Assembly (NCBI GenBank): GCA_049323895.1
Contig: JBMOKT010000012.1
Span: 24,926-88,925, forward strand
Reading direction: 5' to 3'
Length of the DNA: 64,000 nt
Source of the DNA: Bacillota bacterium
Lineage (GTDB): Bacteria; Bacillota; Peptococcia; Peptococcales; BICA1-8
A program made the translations under genes and the position numbers. Each line of letters starts with the position of its first letter. The first letter of the stretch is position 1. Positions 58,746 to 64,000 of this stretch are shown one piece after another. The notes below the pieces were generated by a model. The model was given only the letters and a program-made list of their open reading frames with translations, searched no databases and had not been told where the DNA came from.

Positions 58746-58971
58746 TATTTTCCGGTAATGCTATTTTACGACAGGGTTAAACATATTTCAACACATATTT
58801 TTTGAATATTTTCAATTGTGCAACACAAATGAAAACTATTATCATTAACCTGTTTGCCGTAGTTTCTTGATTAACAAATTGTTTAGAGAAATATTACACA
58901 TTTTAATAATTAAATTGAGAAGTATTATCATAAGGTAATTTATTACAAATAAAAACCTCAGGTTAATATTA

Positions 58972-59065
58972 TAGAGGCTAATGGTCAATAGCTAATAGCT
59001 AATGGAAAATTCCTAATACAGCCACAAGGTTTTAACTATCGTTATCGACTATTAGACATTGACCA
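58972..59065. repeat. Two heptamer arrays in inverted orientation
   Basis: TGGTCAATAGCTAATAGCTAATGG vs reverse complement of the second arm TGGTCAATGTCTAATAGTCGATAACGATAG. Confidence 0.65.
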
Positions 59066-59099
59066 AATTAAAAGAGCAGGCGCTTCTGCGTCCGCTCTT

Positions 59100-60458
59100 T
59101 TAATTTTCTTCCATCCAGTTTGGTTTTTTTAAAGATAACGGCCTTTTACCGTATAAATAGTCATCCGCTTTAAGGAAAAAGTACCTGGCAATTTGAGACC
59201 TTCTAATAGACCACCTTACAAATTTATGGAGGAGGGTATTAGGTTTACTATAGGGGCAGGTGCTCATACAAACGCCACAGTCCGTGCCGGCCTTTCGCCA
59301 AAAGGTGTAGCATTTTTCTTGATTTATTCTCCATCTTTTTACATCTTCTACCAATTCTTTATCTCCATGAGGAATTGACTGGGAAGGACAGGTTTGTGCA
59401 CATTTTTTACAAATATAACAAAAGTTCTGAATACCCAAATTAACAGGAATATCCGGTTCTAATGGCAAATCAGTTGTAACAACTCCTAGCCTAACCCGCG
59501 GACCAAACTGGTCCGTTAGTAAAATACCCATTCTGCCTATTTCACCTAATCCAGCATCTTGAGCCAGTAGAGGGGCAACCACCAGGTAATTGCCGTCCAT
59601 GTGATTTCGTGCTTCATATCCTAGCTGCCTGATATAATAAGAGAGAATCATGCCTATCTTTGCCCCTTCAACGTATTGTTTTGCCGATTCTGCAACTACC
59701 TGTATCTGAGGAGCACCTTTCATAACTTCATAATCCATTTCTACTGTGAACACTAATGCATATTTATGGTGGGTGTTTATTTCTTGACCATAAATTTCCT
59801 CATGACGACCCCGATGTGAATAATAATGGTATGGTTTTAGTTCAGTAATTCCCACCAATTGTGCTCCGTAGTAACGTGCCAGTCCCTTTAAACGCCTGCT
59901 TATTGCTTCGGGTTCGACCTTTATTGCTTCTATTCCTTTTTCTCCTTCAGCTAAATGTCTAATATCTGAAAGAAAATGAAATGCAGCATCAGCCGCCGCT
60001 GCATATAAGGGATGGTAAGTAAAGGTCCCCGGGCTGCAAAGGTTGGGCATCTTTCTAATTTCATCGTCGACTTCTTGTAATTCAGGACGACGTTGATAAT
60101 ATTCCGTATAACTTTCTGCGCCAGGCTTATATCCCGCTCTGGCAAACATAATATCCCTTTCGTCCAGCTGTTTGTCGGGGTTTGGTCTACCCTGTTCATG
60201 GATTCGACCGTTAGGCAATATTAAAGTTAGTATAAATATAAAAATGATTAGCTCCGCCCATAAAAGCAGATAGATTTTTCCAGGGAAATCTATTAGCAAA
60301 ATATAGCTGCTTATTCCGGCAAGTAATGAACTAGGAAACAGCACCCTTCCGATTCTTTTTTCTTCACCCTCATGTTTTAGGGTTACTATTGTCATTAAAA
60401 CTAATATAATAAAGCTTAGGACAAAAAACCAACCTATGAAATTTAAGATTACTAACAC
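59100..60458 (-). CDS. Reductive dehalogenase-like cobalamin/2x[4Fe-4S] protein with N-terminal TM helices
   Basis: AGLGEIGRMG, GPRVR..VTTDLPL, FCYICKKCAQTCPS, C..FW...CGVCMSTCPY; three hydrophobic N-terminal segments; no RRxFxK Tat motif. Confidence 0.8.
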   Translation of the reverse strand: MLVILNFIGWFFVLSFIILVLMTIVTLKHEGEEKRIGRVLFPSSLLAGISSYILLIDFPGKIYLLLWAELIIFIFILTLILPNGRIHEQGRPNPDKQLDERDIMFARAGYKPGAESYTEYYQRRPELQEVDDEIRKMPNLCSPGTFTYHPLYAAAADAAFHFLSDIRHLAEGEKGIEAIKVEPEAISRRLKGLARYYGAQLVGITELKPYHYYSHRGRHEEIYGQEINTHHKYALVFTVEMDYEVMKGAPQIQVVAESAKQYVEGAKIGMILSYYIRQLGYEARNHMDGNYLVVAPLLAQDAGLGEIGRMGILLTDQFGPRVRLGVVTTDLPLEPDIPVNLGIQNFCYICKKCAQTCPSQSIPHGDKELVEDVKRWRINQEKCYTFWRKAGTDCGVCMSTCPYSKPNTLLHKFVRWSIRRSQIARYFFLKADDYLYGKRPLSLKKPNWMEEN

Positions 60459-60473
60459 GTGTCCTCCTTAGAA

Positions 60474-60965
60474 CTACCGATAATTTGTAAATTGAAGTTC
60501 AATATTATAATCCTTTTCTCTTAGAAAACTGATAACCATTTGCAGATCATCCCGATTCTTCCCTGTTACCCTTACTTGGTCATCCATTATCTGGGCCTGT
60601 ACCTTTATCTTTAAATCTTTAATATCCTTGACAATTCTCTTTGCCAGCTCGGTTTCAATCCCTTGTTTAATTTTGATTACTTGGCGGACCAAACCTCCAC
60701 TAGCCTCCTCAATTTTGCCATAATCCAGGTTTTTTATAGATACCTGCCTTTTTATTAATTTACTTTGCAGGATATCAATTACACTGCGAAGTTTAAAATC
60801 ATCATCTGCAATAATTTTAACTTCCTCACCTTCTAATGTAACCTTTGACTTACTATTTTTAAAATCGTAGCGCTGGCTTATTTCTTTAGTGGTTTGATTG
60901 ACTGCATTATCAACCTCCTGCATATTTACCACTGAAACTACGTCAAATGATGCATCTTTAGACAA
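60474..60965 (-). CDS. yajQ: YajQ family nucleotide/c-di-GMP-binding protein
   Basis: [37 protein letters not shown]. Confidence 0.95.
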   Translation of the reverse strand: MSKDASFDVVSVVNMQEVDNAVNQTTKEISQRYDFKNSKSKVTLEGEEVKIIADDDFKLRSVIDILQSKLIKRQVSIKNLDYGKIEEASGGLVRQVIKIKQGIETELAKRIVKDIKDLKIKVQAQIMDDQVRVTGKNRDDLQMVISFLREKDYNIELQFTNYR

Positions 60966-61073
60966 AAAAAGCCCCTCCTTTAATATTTTTAATACTAGTA
61001 TATCCTTAATAGAGTGGGAATTAAATATTTATACAAATATATGTAATTATTATTTTCATTCTTACTAAATATC

Positions 61074-61102
61074 TTGCTAATATTAGACAGAAGCTATATA
61101 CT
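61074..61102 (+). promoter_or_regulatory. SigA-type promoter for the zinc-ribbon gene
   Basis: TTGCTA-N17-TATACT. Confidence 0.6.
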
Positions 61103-61109
61103 AAAAGCG

Positions 61110-61216
61110 TATGTACCGACTGTTATTAAAGAACTGTTCTTAAATCTCCTCTTGGTGGTTTATTTGTTCCATATATAACAGGATTCGGTAAATCCACCAA
61201 AAAGGAGGTTACCCAA
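61110..61216 (+). promoter_or_regulatory. Structured 5' leader with alternative stems, one sequestering the SD
   Basis: 61114-61126 pairs with 61175-61190; 61146-61162 pairs with 61189-61207 (contains AGGAG). Confidence 0.55.
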
Positions 61217-61498
61217 ATGGCTTTTAATGACAAGACTTTATCATGTAAGGACTGTGGTGCTGATTTCGTGTTTTCTGCCAGTGAGCAAGAATTCTATGCA
61301 GAAAAAGGTTTTCAAAACGAACCACAAAGATGTCCTTCCTGCCGTAAGGCAAGAAAACAACGCACTAATAATTCCGGTAACAGAGGACAAAGGCAAATGT
61401 TTGCTGCAACATGTTCCAGTTGTGGTGTAGAAACACAGGTGCCTTTCAAACCCAATGGTTCCAAGCCGGTTTATTGCCGTGACTGCTTCCAAAGATAA
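61217..61498 (+). CDS. Zinc-ribbon + CxxC-x17-CxxC domain protein
   Basis: DKTL.CKDCG..F.FS..EQ.FY..KGF.N.P.RC..CR; C..CG....VPF.P....PVYC.DCF. Confidence 0.92.
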   Translation: MAFNDKTLSCKDCGADFVFSASEQEFYAEKGFQNEPQRCPSCRKARKQRTNNSGNRGQRQMFAATCSSCGVETQVPFKPNGSKPVYCRDCFQR

Positions 61499-61500
61499 GT

Positions 61501-61527
61501 AAAAACTCGCCTAAGGCGAGTTTTTTT
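61501..61527 (+). terminator. Intrinsic terminator (probably bidirectional)
   Basis: AAAAACTCGCC-taa-GGCGAGTTTTTTT. Confidence 0.8.
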
Positions 61528-61548
61528 CTTTCGGCAGGTAATTTACAC

Positions 61549-63156
61549 CTAATTCCTATATAGAGGTAAATATATAAATACTTGCGTACCTTTTTTCTCC
61601 TGGGAAATTATTTCCATCCTCCCATTGTGGTTTTTGATAATTCGTTCTGAAACAGCCAGCCCCATACCAGTACCACTTTCCTTCGTGGAGTAAAAAGGGG
61701 TGCCCACTTTTCTCAACACTTCAGGCGACATACCGCTCCCATTGTCTTTAATGGAAACACATACCTCGGTTCTGGCTAACCTAAGGCCTATTTCAATTAA
61801 CCCCTCATCTTTTACTGCCTCAACAGCATTTTTAATGATATTCAAGAGAACTTGTTTTAAGTGGTTCTCATTTCCCAAAATAGGCACTTCCTTGTCTGTT
61901 TTTTCAGTGTCCCATTTAATAATAGTATTTCTTTTATCCGCTTCAACTTGAATTAAAGATATAATGTCGTTTAGAATAAGTCCTATATCCAATTTAAGAA
62001 ATTCAGTTTTATTGGTTCTTGCCAAGGACATAAACTCATTAAGAATTTTTTCTATCCTGCCAATCTCATCCAGTATCAAACGAATGCTGTTTTCACCTAG
62101 AGTAGAAGCTGGTTTTAACTTCTCCAACTGGACAAACCCCTTAATAGGCACTAAAGGATTTTTAATTTCATGGGCTAATCCCGCAGCAACCTGGGCAACT
62201 ACCTCCAACCTTTCATTATTCAAATGCGTTTGTAAAAGCCTCTTCTCCTTTTGTTCCAAGTTATAAAGCAAATACATAAAAACAAAGAGCAAGGCCAATA
62301 AGGATCCATTTTTCAACCAGATTGTATAAATAGAAGTTTTATATTCATTTATGGGCTGCATAATAAAAACCATCCAATTGACTATTTGCAAAGGCATATA
62401 GGTCATGTATTTTACCTGGTTATCAAAGGAAGAAACCTTTATGACATGGTCCGATTTGGGTAATAAAGATACATCTAGGAATTTGTAGTTTTTCCCCCTG
62501 ATTTCCTTAATCTTGGGGTGGGCGATGGTATCACCCAAACTATCCCTAATAAGGGCGTACCCCTGCTCCCCCACTTTTACATCCTGTATTAAATCTTGGA
62601 AAGCCTGTGTACTAACAGTTTGAAATATTGCACCAGTTATTTCACCACTTTCAAATAAGGGAATTCCTAAAGTAATTACTTCCTCGGAAATATTCTTGTC
62701 GTGAATTAAGTCAGAAATATATCTTTCCCCTAGTAATGGATACTGCAAATATGGAAGCAAATAACTTTTAAATAGTTTGTCCTGTTCCCTCTTATCCAAT
62801 TGTTTATGCATTTGCTTTAGTATTTCCCCTTGCTCGTTGACAATTACTAATGACCTCAAATATTCATCCCTATAAAGTAAATAAGAAAGGTGAGAGTCAA
62901 TATTATAATTCTCCACATTCCAATACCCATCTAGGAAATCGGCCACCATTTCCATAGTTAAAAACTTTGTCTTAATTAATTGCTCTATATCCTTTGAAAC
63001 ATTCATTGTAAGTTCTAAGTTGTTAGCGATAATTCTCTTTTGTTCCTCATGGGCATTTTCAAAGGTTACAAAATAAGTTAAAAGAGAAAATATTATAATT
63101 ATAAACAATAACAGGGTTTTTCGTTTTAGCAAGTAACTCACTCCCGCAAACCACAT
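61549..63156 (-). CDS. Membrane sensor histidine kinase with Cache domain (orphan in this window)
   Basis: AHEIKNPL H-box, NIIKNA N-box, DNGSGM, GTGMGL; two TM segments. Confidence 0.9.
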   Translation of the reverse strand: MWFAGVSYLLKRKTLLLFIIIIFSLLTYFVTFENAHEEQKRIIANNLELTMNVSKDIEQLIKTKFLTMEMVADFLDGYWNVENYNIDSHLSYLLYRDEYLRSLVIVNEQGEILKQMHKQLDKREQDKLFKSYLLPYLQYPLLGERYISDLIHDKNISEEVITLGIPLFESGEITGAIFQTVSTQAFQDLIQDVKVGEQGYALIRDSLGDTIAHPKIKEIRGKNYKFLDVSLLPKSDHVIKVSSFDNQVKYMTYMPLQIVNWMVFIMQPINEYKTSIYTIWLKNGSLLALLFVFMYLLYNLEQKEKRLLQTHLNNERLEVVAQVAAGLAHEIKNPLVPIKGFVQLEKLKPASTLGENSIRLILDEIGRIEKILNEFMSLARTNKTEFLKLDIGLILNDIISLIQVEADKRNTIIKWDTEKTDKEVPILGNENHLKQVLLNIIKNAVEAVKDEGLIEIGLRLARTEVCVSIKDNGSGMSPEVLRKVGTPFYSTKESGTGMGLAVSERIIKNHNGRMEIISQEKKGTQVFIYLPLYRN

Positions 63157-63365
63157 TATGTCGACGTTTCCCCTCTTAATTTATAACCTTCCTGCAGCAA
63201 AACTATTTTTGCACAGGAGGCAATTTTCCTGTCAAACTGGGTATCATTGTTTTTATCCAGCTGTTCTAATACAAGTCAGGGCTGCCGGCTGCCCGATAGG
63301 GACGGGAGGAGGTCATTGCATCAACAGCATCTGCAACAGCCAAAATTTTCACCAGTATATCAATT

Positions 63366-64000
63366 TCATCCCAGTACAGCACCTATTCCCTCTCCCCAAA
63401 TTAATAATTCCTCATCCTGCCAAAATCGGGAACAGAGCTGCAAACCAAAGGGCAGTTGATTTTTATCTTTTCCTCCGGGAACACTTAAAACAGGCATACC
63501 GGCATGGGTCCAGGGAAGGTTCATGATAGGATTGCCCGTACTGCTTAATCCTTTCGGCGCGGTATTTGTGGCTGAAGGGCTTAACCATAAATCTATTCCT
63601 TCCAAATCCATTATTGTTTTTAATTCTTCACGCAATTGCAAGCCTCTAGTTTGAAGATTTGCCAGTTCATCATCACTAATTTTGGTTCCTTTATTATAAA
63701 CATCCTTACTGTGTATACTATATAAGTGTGAATAAGCATCAAACCATTGCCGGTGTATACGGACCATTTCCCCTGCACCCAAGGCACGGTGCCTTTCATT
63801 TATCTCTTCAATATTATAGAAAACAGGAATTCTCTTTACCCTATATCCTGCATCCTCCAGAAGTTTTATTTGACCCTCAAAGCTTTCCAAGGCTTCTTGT
63901 TCTGCTTGTAAAAGGTATGGTCCTTCAGGTATACCTAAAACGGGAAGTTTGCTGATATTATCTTTCGCTAACTGCCAATCCTGACACAACAGAGATGCTG
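63366..64000 (-). CDS. Amidase signature family protein, C-terminal part (5' end outside the window)
   Basis: PSA...AP.GL..TG.P.MN.PWT..G.P.LSVP...LPFGLQ...DE.LL. Confidence 0.8.
   Translation of the reverse strand, partial: ASLLCQDWQLAKDNISKLPVLGIPEGPYLLQAEQEALESFEGQIKLLEDAGYRVKRIPVFYNIEEINERHRALGAGEMVRIHRQWFDAYSHLYSIHSKDVYNKGTKISDDELANLQTRGLQLREELKTIMDLEGIDLWLSPSATNTAPKGLSSTGNPIMNLPWTHAGMPVLSVPGGKDKNQLPFGLQLCSRFWQDEELLIWGEGIGAVLG

Noticed and set aside
59100-60458. Epoxyqueuosine reductase QueG
   Set aside because: Lacks the QueG YA.G.DYH motif and has N-terminal TM helices; RdhA-like is preferred, though not proven
230-63955. Numerous 60-180 aa ORFs antisense or out of frame within long genes (for example 17936-18481, 33160-33627, 46727-47194, 56061-56573)
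   Set aside because: Shadow ORFs of well-supported genes, with no RBS or recognisable motifs

Overview
64-kb low-GC window from an anaerobic, spore-forming Bacillota (Clostridia-like; taxonomy inferred from the SASP, MecA, rubrerythrin and AGGAGG ribosome-binding sites). Most genes are on the minus strand. About 6.4-39.6 kb, just downstream of a tRNA-Pro(CGG), is a catabolic island for (amino/hydroxy)polycarboxylates. It holds a sigma-54 activator, four GG-N10-GC sigma-54 promoters with a shared 11-bp-period upstream motif, two tripartite tricarboxylate transporters, three divergent LeuCD-type hydro-lyases and an aconitase. It also has an IPMDH/tartrate-DH-like enzyme, MmgE/PrpD, LarA, a split UxaA (probable ATT start), an enolase-superfamily enzyme, a HOGA-like aldolase, an Ldh_2 dehydrogenase, and a fold-III PLP dehydratase next to a BhcD-like imine reductase. 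Three paralogous copies of an uncharacterised two-gene module (2x[4Fe-4S] protein plus a His/Cys-motif partner) are the best candidate for an undescribed enzyme system. The rest is mostly housekeeping (folD, nth, mecA, niaR, yajQ), plus a membrane-anchored reductive-dehalogenase-like gene, a possible RNA switch before a CxxC-x17-CxxC gene, dispersed heptamer repeats and a duplicated 38-bp element. I saw no CRISPR array, rRNA, integrase or transposase. All family calls come from motif recognition, not database searches.
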